Assembly (NCBI GenBank): GCA_965242515.1
Contig: OZ251448.1
Location: forward strand, 722,420 to 786,419
DNA from: Bdellovibrionales bacterium
Lineage (GTDB): Bacteria; Bdellovibrionota; Bdellovibrionia; Bdellovibrionales; UBA1609
Direction: 5' to 3'
DNA length: 64,000 nucleotides
A program made the translations under genes and the position numbers. The notes beneath the pieces were generated by a model. The model worked only from the letters and a program-made list of their open reading frames with translations. It did not search any database and was not told the origin of the DNA. Positions within the stretch are counted from its first letter, which is position 1; each line of letters opens with the position of its first letter. Shown here piece after piece: positions 36,679 to 46,869 of this stretch.

Positions 36679-37206
36679 TTAATATACTCCTTTGAAAAAA
36701 GATGACTGCTTTAACGGGAACAATATAAATTTTTCTGTAGCAATGGCATCCATCCGAATATCATGTTCTTCTTCTGGTAAATCAATGTTGGTTACTTGAT
36801 AAGAACCCGCAACACCAATTTTATAGCCTGTAATATGGGTTAAATACCTATCGTAAAACCCTCCCCCTCGCCCGAGCCTTCTACCTGACCTATCAAAGGC
36901 AAGACCTGGCACTAAAACCACATCTGGCATGGGAGATGAAAAATCATAATGTAAATCAGAAGAAGGTGCAGGTTTTTGGGGTATAGTGATAAATTGCAAG
37001 TCAGGTGATAATTTAACAAAATGCTGTAATGACAATTCGTCGTTTAAAGCTAAATAAGTGGCTACTATGGTGCGATTTTTCCATATTGGAAGTTGCTTAA
37101 GGTGTTTTGATAGTTGAGTGGAAAGCTGATTAAAATTTAAAGCACCCTTTGCTTTTTTAATTTGTTGTTTAAAATACGCACGGTTTTTTGTTTTTATATT
37201 ACTCAT
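36679..37206 (-). CDS. 5-formyltetrahydrofolate cyclo-ligase
   Basis: VLVPGLAFDRSGRRLGRGGGFYDRYL is the family signature. Synteny with zapA as in E. coli zapA-(ssrS)-ygfA. Confidence 0.85.
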   Translation of the reverse strand: MSNIKTKNRAYFKQQIKKAKGALNFNQLSTQLSKHLKQLPIWKNRTIVATYLALNDELSLQHFVKLSPDLQFITIPQKPAPSSDLHYDFSSPMPDVVLVPGLAFDRSGRRLGRGGGFYDRYLTHITGYKIGVAGSYQVTNIDLPEEEHDIRMDAIATEKFILFPLKQSSFFKGVY

Positions 37207-37277
37207 TAGTTCTTCCTCTTTTAATCAGGAAATAAATAGCTTTTTATATTTGAAGCAAAATGCTCAAATACAATAGG

Positions 37278-37658
37278 CTATTTTTTCCCCGTTATATTTG
37301 AGGAGGAAGACTTCAGCTGGGAAACAACATTTTTAGTAACAGATTCTAAACGATTAAGCTTTTGAGATAGTGCTTTTTTTAAATACACTAGCTCACCAGC
37401 TATGTTTAAACAACTTAAAACCATTTGTTTTTGCATAGATAAAGCTCGGTACTGCTTTTGAGACGACTGCATGTGTTGATCCACAATGTGCATGGCTTTT
37501 TTAAAGGTAGTAACATCTTGGCGAGACTTTAACTGTAAAGAGCAGCCTCCAATATGAACTTTATATGTTTTTAATGGGTTGTTGATAATCATTTTCAAAT
37601 ACTTAATTTGTTTTCCAAAAGAGTTTGTTGCTACCCAGCGTAAAGTGGTGTTATCCAC
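37278..37658 (-). CDS. zapA: cell division protein ZapA
   Basis: YKVHIGGCSLQLKSRQD...MVLSCLNIAGELVYLK fits the ZapA pattern. The real start may be the internal Met (MIINNPL, complement of 37590-37592). Confidence 0.7.
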   Translation of the reverse strand: MDNTTLRWVATNSFGKQIKYLKMIINNPLKTYKVHIGGCSLQLKSRQDVTTFKKAMHIVDQHMQSSQKQYRALSMQKQMVLSCLNIAGELVYLKKALSQKLNRLESVTKNVVSQLKSSSSNITGKK

Positions 37659-37836
37659 ATAATTCGGGTTTTAACCTCCTCCTCAAATTGTAGTGTGGAT
37701 GAAGATGGGAGATAAGTCAAAATATTTTTTATTTTTATGGGGGCAGGGGTTTAGGGAGTAAAAAATATGATTTTTAGGCATTTTTTGTTTAACTTTGTGG
37801 GTAAATAAGCCGAAATAGCAATCAAAAGGACAAAAA

Positions 37837-39216
37837 ATGATTGATTGCACAAATAAAAACAAAGATGTACGACTGGCTAGGTCGCTTATTTTACTATTTT
37901 TGTGTATGTGTTTTCCACTCAGCACATGGGCTAATAAGCGTCTTTTTCAAGCTGGCAAGGTCTTGGTGAGTAAAAAACTGCCCAAAAAAGAAGTGCAGAT
38001 CATACTCAAAGACCCTCTTATGCAAAAAAAATGGGACTTGAGTAAAATTCAAGCCTCCTCTGCATGGCTTAAGTACTCTAAAGGAAGTAAAAATATCGTA
38101 GTCGCTGTAATAGATACCGGGATTGATGTAGAACACCCAGACCTCAAACAAAATATATGGCACAACCCTAGAGAAATACCCAATAATAATAAAGATGATG
38201 ATAATAACGGCTATGTGGATGATGTACATGGCTGGAATTTTGTGCAAAATAATAACAAGGTGTATGACACACATGGTCATGGCACACATATAGCGGGCAT
38301 TATTGGTGCTGTTGGGGGCAATGGGATAGGGATAAGTGGTGTAGCTCCTCGAGTAAGTTTAATGGCTTTAAAATATTATGATCCCAACGATGACTCGGAG
38401 AACAATTTAAAAAACACTGTTAAAGCGATTGAGTATGCGGTAAAAAACGGAGCACATATCATTAATTATTCAGGTGGTGGAACGGAGAGTAATTTAGCAG
38501 AGGAAAATGCCATTCGGAAGGCAGAGTTAAAGGGTGTTTTATTTGTAGCGGCTGCTGGCAATGAGGCCAGTAATACGGATAGAAAGTCCACTCGTTATTT
38601 TCCGGCGGGTTATAAGATGAACAATATTGTATCTGTTACCGCGGTTAATACTTCTAGTCGGGTTTTAAGCAGTAGTAATTGGGGGGCTAAGTCTGTGCAT
38701 AGTGCAGCACCTGGTGTCAATATATTATCCACTTTACCGAGGGGAAAGTATGGTTTGATGACGGGTACTTCTCAAGCGACAGCGGTAGCCACAGGGGCTG
38801 CTGTATTGATAATGGATTATTACAAAATAACTTCTGCACCTTTTATTATTTCGCAACTAACTATGACGGGTGATTTAAAAGATTCTTTAGAGGGTAAAAC
38901 CAATGGAGGAAGAAGGCTTAACATCTTTAGAGCTTTAGCCATGCGAGGGCGATTTGTTAATGCTATGGATACGAAGATGACTCCTGATTTAATGCAAAAA
39001 AAGTTTTATCTTGAAGGTCCGGTGGTGCATGAGCCGATAAAAGAAGAAAAAGACATTCATCTTGTACAAGAGGCTTTATTAGCAGGAAAGTCGCAAAATA
39101 AAACCCGCAATCATCGCAAAGGTAGCAGAGGGGGGAGTCGCAAGCCTGCTTCTGTTGACAGTGAGGATAAAAAATCGTTTCTTTCTCCTAGTGTGTTAAA
39201 ACGATGGTTTTGGTAG
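37837..39216 (+). CDS. secreted subtilisin-like serine protease (S8 family)
   Basis: Catalytic triad motifs VAVIDTGID (Asp), HGHGTHIAGII (His) and GTSQATAVATG (Ser). Signal-like N-terminus. Confidence 0.9.
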   Translation: MIDCTNKNKDVRLARSLILLFLCMCFPLSTWANKRLFQAGKVLVSKKLPKKEVQIILKDPLMQKKWDLSKIQASSAWLKYSKGSKNIVVAVIDTGIDVEHPDLKQNIWHNPREIPNNNKDDDNNGYVDDVHGWNFVQNNNKVYDTHGHGTHIAGIIGAVGGNGIGISGVAPRVSLMALKYYDPNDDSENNLKNTVKAIEYAVKNGAHIINYSGGGTESNLAEENAIRKAELKGVLFVAAAGNEASNTDRKSTRYFPAGYKMNNIVSVTAVNTSSRVLSSSNWGAKSVHSAAPGVNILSTLPRGKYGLMTGTSQATAVATGAAVLIMDYYKITSAPFIISQLTMTGDLKDSLEGKTNGGRRLNIFRALAMRGRFVNAMDTKMTPDLMQKKFYLEGPVVHEPIKEEKDIHLVQEALLAGKSQNKTRNHRKGSRGGSRKPASVDSEDKKSFLSPSVLKRWFW

Positions 39217-39343
39217 CACTAAAAAAAAAATAAATTTCTTTCGCAGAAAAGTTTTTTCCAGAGGGAAAAAACCAAGCGGGAAGCTTGGGATGCTAACTTT
39301 TAAAGTGAGAAAACCAAGCTATATCAGATGAAAGTAACATTCT

Positions 39344-39406
39344 GGATTCCCGCCTTCGCAGGAATGACGGCTGACGCAGGAATGACGGCTGACGAAGAAA
39401 TGACAA
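39344..39406. repeat. REP-like unit (variant palindrome + GAATGACGG repeats)
   Basis: ggattcccgccttcgcaggaatgacggctgacgcaggaatgacggctgacgaagaaatgaca. Preceded at 39262-39320 by truncated arms of the ~110-nt palindromic element. Confidence 0.8.
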
Positions 39407-39440
39407 ACCATGAACTAGGAATGATAATTTTGTTTTAAGG

Positions 39441-39533
39441 AAGGATTGTGTGCCGGTGCAGGCTCCGACCCACGGACGGACCCAGTCGGCTGAACCCCAT
39501 GGACGGGTGTCCTGCACAAGGCATACAATCCTT
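39441..39533. repeat. GC-rich ~93-nt inverted-repeat-bounded element
   Basis: aaggattgtgtgccggtgcagg ... cctgcacaaggcatacaatcctt. The arms are complementary with 1-2 mismatches. The interior is conspicuously GC-rich relative to the flanks. Confidence 0.6.
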
Positions 39534-39672
39534 GGCTTTAAGAAATTTATCATTGAGATCAAAAACAGTATAATAAAGTCGCAGTAAGAATAATAGACAA
39601 AAGGGTAATTTTTACATATTATAAGGGGAAGATGTATTATAAAATAGCAATTTACTATATAGTGCTAATATT

Positions 39673-42486
39673 ATGTTTAAAAATATTATCTTAAAAGCAC
39701 CTTTAAGTGTTATTGTTGTTTTTAGTATTTTGATTCATCCAGTAGCTCAAGGCTCAAGTTGTGCTTCGGTTTTTACAAAGCTTAAAAAAGTATTTAATGT
39801 TAAACAGTCTGTTAATGTGATACCTTATTCACAATTAGCTGATCCACAATTTTTTGCACAAAAAATGACTGAAGGTATGTTATTAAGAGAGGGGCAAGAT
39901 GAGTTATTTAATTTTTACATTTCTAGTTTTTTTTCTCACCCTGATGCAGCTCATATTTATTTACCAGCTGTATTTGATATTTTAAAAAGATACCCCAACC
40001 TTTCAAAGCTCCCTGTGCGAGAGCAAGTTATTCATTTTTTTGATTCATCTCATCAAAAAGTAACTATACCTGAAGGGTTTAAAAATATTATAGATTCTTT
40101 AAAAAAAACTTCCAGCCAGTTAAGAAGTAACTTATTTCAAATAGAAGCTAACTATGGTTTTTGGATCAAGTTATTAGATTTTTCACCCTTAGAATTGGAT
40201 ACTGCTTTAAGTAAAAAAGAACAACAAAAACAAATTAAAGAACATTTTATAAACTATTTAAATACCACACCATTAGATAAACAAACAAGGGATTTTATAA
40301 AAGATAATTCTATGACTTATTACGAAAGAACTATTACTCTTTTTAATGCTTTAAAAATAATCCGCTTAAGTTATCTTGAATCTCGTTCTAAACAAGCTAA
40401 AAAAATATCGCAAGTGATGGCAGAGCTTGTGCATACTATAGGTTTTAGTAAAAAGTCGCTCATTAAACTGTTAAATAACTCAGATTTGTTGTTGAGTGTA
40501 GATTTTGTGCACAAAATACTTCATGAAGGAGATATAATAGCTAATGATTTAGGCTATAGAGACTTTACAGATTTAAAAAATGACTTAGATGCTAAGATAC
40601 CAGATGTAACTGTTATGTTAGGGGAATTTTTAAAAAATCACTCTCAATATTCAGATATTTCAGCTTCGCACCCTCTTAAAAACGAAGAAAAAAAGGAAAC
40701 TTTAAGATTAAGAGCACTTTCCATACAAGAAGCTCCTTATCGCTCTTGTTTAGCTGGGGATTGTGCCACTCGCACTTATTTTTTTCAAGGCTTAGACCCT
40801 AATTACCTCTATTTTACTTTAACAGATGTTGAACATAAATCGTCAGGTCAGGTGACAGTGGTTTTAGGAACAAGCACAAATAGCAAAGGAGTAACAATTA
40901 AGACAGCTTTTGTAGATAAAATCCAACAAATCCCTGTTGTTAGATTAGTCACTGTTTTAGAGGCTATCCGTTTAAGTTTAAAAGAGCAAGGTTATATATT
41001 AGGACTTCCAAAACTTGTTGGTAATGAAACTGGTTTATCTAATGAGTCCTTATTAAGGACTTATGTTACAACACATATTTTGCCTCAATTACAAAACACT
41101 TTGGGTTCTTTTAAACCGCATGAATATAATGATACTCAATTCGTTCGACCTGATTTGACAACTTACTCAAGAGCAAGAGAGCAATTAAACCTTTTAGAAT
41201 TTAAGGTTGATAAAAACACTGGAGCTACAATAGCCCCAGGGGAATTTCCAGTTATTCAATATGCGGATAGTAAGCTGAATGTTCAAGCTTTTTATGATTA
41301 TGTTCAATCTTTAAAGTCCTCTCAAAACCCATCAGATCATATTAAATTTATTAATATGATTAGCAATTTAGCAATGGATCCCCAGTATGTGTGGAATGAG
41401 ATATATTCTGTTTTATCAGATAATAAATTTGCTTTTAATGCTCGGAAACAAGCACTTTTTAAGCTCATACAGCTACATGTAAAAACATTAAGTGTTGAAG
41501 ATGAGTTGAGTGTATCTTTTTTAGAAAAGTATATTGCTTTTTTTTCAGAGTCGGAAGTAAAAACAATCATAGGGGAATTAAGTAATTGGGTAAATACTCT
41601 TGATTACAGAAGATTATTTATACACATCCTAACGGAAACACCAGGGTACCTGGATGGTATAACATATTTTTTACGTAACACTGATAAAATGTCAGATAAT
41701 GTATCAAAAAAATTACGATTGATTGATGAGCATCCTTATGGTTTAATTTTTTCGAATGTGTTTTTGCTTTTAGAAGCATCTGCTATAGGTGACATGCATG
41801 GTGTTAAAAAAATATTAGCTAGAGGGTTTGATATAAATAATACAAATAATGTGGGAGAAACAGCTTTGATGGCAGCCTCTGAAAGAGGGCATAAAACAAT
41901 AGTTGAATTTTTATTGGATCAAGGGGCTACTATTTTGTTTAGAAATGGTGCCGGACAGAACTCTTTAACAAAGGCTTTAGATCATAACCACTTAGAGCTT
42001 GCTTTGTTTTTGTTAGAAAAATTATATAATCCCAAAAGTACAAAAGATTTTATTACACAGAGTGTGGAACATTTAGTAACTGAATACGAACGGTTATTCT
42101 CTGCACGCGATATTGCTTCTTTGGGAATCAGTGGTAATATTCAATATAAAGCTTTAATATATGCCATTTACAATGGGCATAAAGAGATAGTTCAGTTTCT
42201 CTTAGATAAAGGGATAGATCCTAATATGGCAGATAAAGAAAATAACTTGACTGCTTTAATGCGAGTAGCAATAACAAAATCAGAAAGGCAAGCAGATATT
42301 GTTAAGCTGTTACTGAAAGCAGGTGCTGATGTCAATTTTAAAGATGATGAAGGTAAAACGGCTTTATGGTATGCTACTAAAAATGGTGATAAGAATGGTA
42401 TTGTGCCATTGTTAGAGGAGGCAGGAGCTATTTTTGACAAGCCGAAAAGATATGTGGGTAGCACAGTTAGTTCTTCCCTTCCTTAA
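39673..42486 (+). CDS. secreted ankyrin-repeat protein with a large unassigned N-terminal domain (paralogue 1)
   Basis: Signal-like N-terminus. Conserved blocks shared with the next gene (FAQKMTEGMLLR, LRSNLFQIEANYGFWIKLL, PYRSCLAGDCAT, KSSGQVTVVLGT). C-terminal ankyrin repeats (GETALMAASERGHKTIVEFLLDQGA; GKTALWYATKNGD). Confidence 0.7.
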   Translation: MFKNIILKAPLSVIVVFSILIHPVAQGSSCASVFTKLKKVFNVKQSVNVIPYSQLADPQFFAQKMTEGMLLREGQDELFNFYISSFFSHPDAAHIYLPAVFDILKRYPNLSKLPVREQVIHFFDSSHQKVTIPEGFKNIIDSLKKTSSQLRSNLFQIEANYGFWIKLLDFSPLELDTALSKKEQQKQIKEHFINYLNTTPLDKQTRDFIKDNSMTYYERTITLFNALKIIRLSYLESRSKQAKKISQVMAELVHTIGFSKKSLIKLLNNSDLLLSVDFVHKILHEGDIIANDLGYRDFTDLKNDLDAKIPDVTVMLGEFLKNHSQYSDISASHPLKNEEKKETLRLRALSIQEAPYRSCLAGDCATRTYFFQGLDPNYLYFTLTDVEHKSSGQVTVVLGTSTNSKGVTIKTAFVDKIQQIPVVRLVTVLEAIRLSLKEQGYILGLPKLVGNETGLSNESLLRTYVTTHILPQLQNTLGSFKPHEYNDTQFVRPDLTTYSRAREQLNLLEFKVDKNTGATIAPGEFPVIQYADSKLNVQAFYDYVQSLKSSQNPSDHIKFINMISNLAMDPQYVWNEIYSVLSDNKFAFNARKQALFKLIQLHVKTLSVEDELSVSFLEKYIAFFSESEVKTIIGELSNWVNTLDYRRLFIHILTETPGYLDGITYFLRNTDKMSDNVSKKLRLIDEHPYGLIFSNVFLLLEASAIGDMHGVKKILARGFDINNTNNVGETALMAASERGHKTIVEFLLDQGATILFRNGAGQNSLTKALDHNHLELALFLLEKLYNPKSTKDFITQSVEHLVTEYERLFSARDIASLGISGNIQYKALIYAIYNGHKEIVQFLLDKGIDPNMADKENNLTALMRVAITKSERQADIVKLLLKAGADVNFKDDEGKTALWYATKNGDKNGIVPLLEEAGAIFDKPKRYVGSTVSSSLP

Positions 42487-42587
42487 AGAGATACCATTAA
42501 AAAACTTAGGATACTGAGGGAAATTTTTACATATAGTAACCGATGGATATAGTGTTGAATGGTAATTTACTGTATAGTGCTAATATT

Positions 42588-44834
42588 GTGTTTAAAAGTA
42601 TTACTTCTAAGTGCTTTATTGTAGGTATTGTTGTTTTTGGTCTTTTGATTAGCCTAAGAGTGCAAGCAATAACTTGTAATGAGGTTTTTGCTCGCACCCC
42701 TGTTGATATTGCATCCGACCCTGATGTTGCGTCTGATTTATCTAACCCTTTGGTTTTTGCACAAAAAATGACTGAAGGTATGCTATTAAGAAAGGGGCAA
42801 GATGAGTTATTTCAGTTTTATATTACTTATGGATTTTCTCATTCTACAGCAGCAAGTGTTTCTTTAAGCCGGGTGTTGGCTATTTTACAAAAACACCCTA
42901 AACTTTCAAAGTTACCTGTTCGAGAGCAGATTATTGACTTTTATAATCAACAACATGTTATACCAGAAGAACTTAAAAATATTATAGATTCTTTTAAAAA
43001 AACATCTCATCAATTAAGAAGTAATTTATTTCAAATAGAAGCCAACTATGGTTTTTGGATCAAGTTATTGGGTTTTCCAATTTTTAAGGTAGATTCTTCT
43101 TTAAGTAAAAAAGAACAACAAATTAAAAAAAATCAACATAAAGAGCAATTTATAGAATATTTAAATACCACCTCATTAAACAAACATACAAGGGATGTTA
43201 TGAAAGATGCTGACATATCTTATCAAGATAAAATTTTTGCTTTATATATAGCTTTGAATAGTATAAAAAATAATATGGTCGATAATGGGCATTTAAAACA
43301 AGCTCAAAAAGTATCGCAAGTGATGGCAGAGCTTGTGCATACAGTGGGGTTTAGCAATAAATCTTTAACTGAAGCTTTAAAAAACCCAGACGATTTTAAA
43401 AATATAGAGATTGTGCAAAAAATGCTGATGGAACGAGATACCATAGCTAATGACTTAGGCTATAGAAATTTTACACATTTAAAAAAGAAACTTAATGCTA
43501 ACATACCAGCTATTGAAAGTGTATTAGGTAATTTTTTAAAAAACATTTCTCAACCTTTAGAAAGCTCTTCTACTCAAGGTTTTAAAACAGAGGATATACG
43601 AGAATCATTAAGATTGCGAGTCCTTTCTATTCAAGAATCGCCTTATAGGTCATGTCTTGCGGGAGACTGTGCTACTAGTATTTATTTTGAAAAAGCTTTA
43701 GATCCTAATCACTTATATTTCACTTTAACAGATAGTGATTATAAATCGTCAGGTCAGGTGACAGTGGTTTTAGGGACAGCAAAACATAATAATAAAAGGT
43801 GGTGGCAAAAATCCACAAAAACAGCTTTTGTAGATAAAATTCAAAATATCCCTATCAATCAATTAGTGGCAGTTTTAGAGGGTATCCGTTTAAGTTTAAA
43901 AGAGCAAGGTTACACATTGGCTCTTCCGAAAGCAATAGGTGATAGTAACGGTTTGTCTAATTCATCTTATGTAAGTCAGTATATTACGCACCATATATTA
44001 CCTAAATTACAAACTCCTTTAAATACATTTACACCACATCATCATTTATTTTATCATTTTCATAATGCAGGTCATTCTAGAGCGAATGATAAACTAGATT
44101 TGTTGGAATTTACTATGAGCAACATAAAAGATGCTAAAATAACACCTGGTGTTTTACCTGTTATGAGCTTCGAAGATAGCAGATTAAGTGTTTCAGATTT
44201 TTATAATTATATTAGCTCTTTAAAGTATTCTAAAAACACTAAAGATCAATTAAACTTTTTGAAATTGCTTTTAACACTACCTTTAGATAAAAAACAAGTT
44301 TTAGATCATATATATTCCATTTTACAAAACAATGAGGCTTCTTTTATGGTTCGAAAGCATGCTTTTTATACTCTCATTCAATATATCTATAAAAAAGAAC
44401 GAGAGATACATGATTTTTCTCTTACTTTATATTTTTTAGAAGAAAATAGTGCTTTTTTTTCAGATTCAGAAAAACTAGTTATTAAAGGTGAAATGAGTAA
44501 TTGGGTGAACACTACTGACTATAGAAAAGATATAATACAAATCTTAACCAAAGAATACATTAAAACCTATGGAAGTGATAATAATTTGTTACCTGTGGTA
44601 CAAATGATTGATGAATTTCCTTTTGGATTTCTTTTAGCTAATGGTTTTTTATTGACCCATGCAGCAGGTGCGGGAGATATACATAGCATGCGTTTCTTAT
44701 TAGAAAAAGGAGTGAACATTAATGCTAAAAGTTATGAAGGAGAAAACACAGCTTTGGTAATAGCGTCTGCTAGAGGTCATATAGCCGTAGTTGATTTTTT
44801 ATTAAAAACAGAAGCTGTTGAAAGCAATAAATAA
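42588..44834 (+). CDS. secreted ankyrin-repeat protein (paralogue 2)
   Basis: The track starts at 42543. GTG at 42588 aligns with the ATG of paralogue 1 (tatagtgctaatattRtgtttaaaa conserved upstream of both). One clear ankyrin repeat at the C-terminus (NTALVIASARGHIAVVDFLLK). Confidence 0.65.
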   Translation: MFKSITSKCFIVGIVVFGLLISLRVQAITCNEVFARTPVDIASDPDVASDLSNPLVFAQKMTEGMLLRKGQDELFQFYITYGFSHSTAASVSLSRVLAILQKHPKLSKLPVREQIIDFYNQQHVIPEELKNIIDSFKKTSHQLRSNLFQIEANYGFWIKLLGFPIFKVDSSLSKKEQQIKKNQHKEQFIEYLNTTSLNKHTRDVMKDADISYQDKIFALYIALNSIKNNMVDNGHLKQAQKVSQVMAELVHTVGFSNKSLTEALKNPDDFKNIEIVQKMLMERDTIANDLGYRNFTHLKKKLNANIPAIESVLGNFLKNISQPLESSSTQGFKTEDIRESLRLRVLSIQESPYRSCLAGDCATSIYFEKALDPNHLYFTLTDSDYKSSGQVTVVLGTAKHNNKRWWQKSTKTAFVDKIQNIPINQLVAVLEGIRLSLKEQGYTLALPKAIGDSNGLSNSSYVSQYITHHILPKLQTPLNTFTPHHHLFYHFHNAGHSRANDKLDLLEFTMSNIKDAKITPGVLPVMSFEDSRLSVSDFYNYISSLKYSKNTKDQLNFLKLLLTLPLDKKQVLDHIYSILQNNEASFMVRKHAFYTLIQYIYKKEREIHDFSLTLYFLEENSAFFSDSEKLVIKGEMSNWVNTTDYRKDIIQILTKEYIKTYGSDNNLLPVVQMIDEFPFGFLLANGFLLTHAAGAGDIHSMRFLLEKGVNINAKSYEGENTALVIASARGHIAVVDFLLKTEAVESNK

Positions 44835-44846
44835 AATAGGGTGTTA

Positions 44847-45452
44847 TTATTGAGCGTAGACGGACAGTACGCGGTCTTTTTCATCTCTAATGGCTTCAAC
44901 CAGCCCTATGTGTAGGTTTTGGTTATCGTATAGGTCGTAAGCTTCTACTTCTTTTGAGAAATGGGATGCTTTTATCATTTGAGAGTGTTTAGGGAATAGT
45001 TTTGGGTAGCTTTTCACTAATTGAGGTAAAGGGGGTAATTTTAAAGGTTGTTGATTTTCCATAACAATAAAATATTCTAATTGGTTATTTTCTTGCCATT
45101 TAACTTCATAGCGAGATTGCAGTAGGTTGGTTAAAAAGTCTTCTTTGATGCCTGGTGCTTTGCCGACACTTGCGATTTTTCTCTGTCCTGTTTGTAGTAA
45201 GTGTAAAATAGCTCTATTTTGGCTGTCGTTAGATTTTTCAGATTCTTTTGTACTAGCGATACTTCTGTTAGTTTGAGATTGCATATAGTACTGGTTAGCA
45301 AAGGGTACCATCATAAGCATAAGGCATAAAGTGCCAGCTATAGGCCATAAAATCACCTTATTGGTAGCTTGGGTGGGTTTGGTAGCTTGGGTAGGTTGCC
45401 TTACGGGTGATGTTTGCTTTGGCTGTACCGGAAATTTAATAATTTTTCCCAT
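44847..45452 (-). CDS. hypothetical single-pass membrane protein
   Basis: 201-aa ORF. PTQATKPTQAT repeat, TM segment ILWPIAGTLCLMLMMVPF. No family recognised. Confidence 0.4.
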   Translation of the reverse strand: MGKIIKFPVQPKQTSPVRQPTQATKPTQATNKVILWPIAGTLCLMLMMVPFANQYYMQSQTNRSIASTKESEKSNDSQNRAILHLLQTGQRKIASVGKAPGIKEDFLTNLLQSRYEVKWQENNQLEYFIVMENQQPLKLPPLPQLVKSYPKLFPKHSQMIKASHFSKEVEAYDLYDNQNLHIGLVEAIRDEKDRVLSVYAQ

Positions 45453-45706
45453 TATTATAAAACCTTATTTTTTTTATCTTTAAAACTCATAATAGCTTTA
45501 TTTTTAAAACACTTTTTTAATGGTTCAATCTCAAAATCTTGCAAACCTTATTTCTTCATTTCAAAGTAATATTCGGTAAATCAGTAAAAAATGTTTAATT
45601 TTTTTTATAATTTTTTTAAAAATTAAGACTTGTGTCTTTAAAAAAGAGTCATAAATCTTCATAGAATAGAAAATAAGTGGAAATTTACTAAAAATTATTT
45701 AAATCA

Positions 45707-46768
45707 TTGTTCAAATCTAGACTTAATAAGGATAGAATAATAAATATGTATATTCGTTACTGGACTTTCAACTATGGGGTATGGATGGTTATTTTTGTGC
45801 TTTACTCTAGCTTTAGTCTAGCACAAAAGCTAGACCTTTTAAATGCTCCGTCTAGACCAGCTATCAGAAGTAATAATAAGAGCCAAGCAGTAGATAGGGA
45901 GGGGCTTGCAGTATCTGAAGAATCGTTGTTACTTTTAGCACAATCTTATGAAAGTAAAAAAGATTACGAAAATCAAATTAGAATTTTAAGAAAGTTAGTG
46001 AGTAAAAATAAAACCAACAGTTCTTATCATTTACAACTTATAAGAGCTTTTAAAACCCGATATTTTCATACTAAAAACATAGAGCATAAAAAAGAAGTTG
46101 TGCAGACCATTCATCAAGTGATGCAAATGAAAAACAAAAAACACCATGAATTAGCACAGTTAGAAATGTTAAGCTTATTGCAATATAAAGAAGATGTAAA
46201 ATACAACAACTATGCCATTTTGGAGTTATTTCAAAAAATGGTTAGAGACTTTGGTAAAAAAAAAATCTATGTGCGTGGGTTGTGTGAGTACTTATACATC
46301 AACCAATTTTACCAACAAAGTTTAAAAACATGTCAAGAGGCTAAAAAAATTGATCCTAAAGGCAGTAGCAATTACATTTATTATGCTTTATCGGTAAAAG
46401 ATCCGGAACAGATGGAAAAGCACTTAAAAAGCTCAGCCGAGCGATTTCCACAATCGGCGTTAGTGCAAGTGAAAGCTGGTGAGCATTTTTTAAAACAAAA
46501 AAGCTACCAAACAGCTAAAATGTATTATGCTAAAGCGGTAGATTTGGATGCTAGTTTAGTGATGGCACAGTTAGGGTTAGCTCAATCGTTGTTCGGTATG
46601 GAACAGTTTAAAATAGCCTACAAACATTTTTTAAAAGCTTGTATTTTAGATAAACCTGGCACACTTTGGGCTTTTAAACAAGCAAAATCTAAGCTTAATC
46701 AAAAAAGTCAGTTTAAAATGGCAGAGTTTTTTCGAAAAGGTATTATTAAGTGCTTTCATAAAGCTTAA
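45707..46768 (+). CDS. TPR-repeat protein with an N-terminal membrane/signal segment
   Basis: Repeated ~34-aa helical units (e.g. YQTAKMYYAKAVDLDASLVMAQLGLAQSLFGMEQFKIAYKHFLKA). An alternative start at the internal Met (MYIRYW) is possible. Confidence 0.6.
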   Translation: MFKSRLNKDRIINMYIRYWTFNYGVWMVIFVLYSSFSLAQKLDLLNAPSRPAIRSNNKSQAVDREGLAVSEESLLLLAQSYESKKDYENQIRILRKLVSKNKTNSSYHLQLIRAFKTRYFHTKNIEHKKEVVQTIHQVMQMKNKKHHELAQLEMLSLLQYKEDVKYNNYAILELFQKMVRDFGKKKIYVRGLCEYLYINQFYQQSLKTCQEAKKIDPKGSSNYIYYALSVKDPEQMEKHLKSSAERFPQSALVQVKAGEHFLKQKSYQTAKMYYAKAVDLDASLVMAQLGLAQSLFGMEQFKIAYKHFLKACILDKPGTLWAFKQAKSKLNQKSQFKMAEFFRKGIIKCFHKA

Positions 46769-46869
46769 GTCGTAAAGTTATAGACCGTAAGGCTCAATCG
46801 CAAGGCTTAATCGTAAAACAAGTATATATAACTAAAAACTATACGATAAACAAAGCACAAAACGCTCAC

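Noticed and set aside
37207-37277. 6S RNA (ssrS) between zapA and the 5-formyl-THF cyclo-ligase gene, as in the E. coli zapA-ssrS-ygfA arrangement
   Set aside because: The gap is only 71 nt, far too short for a ~180-nt 6S RNA, and I see no long closing stem. If present, ssrS must be elsewhere or overlap coding sequence.
37683-37925. Track ORF 37683..37925 (80 aa, minus)
   Set aside because: It overlaps the 5' end and signal peptide of the S8 protease gene. No RBS or domain.
39293-39562. Track ORF 39293..39562 (89 aa)
   Set aside because: It translates across a REP unit (SFLRRRES) and the GC-rich hairpin. No start context or domain.
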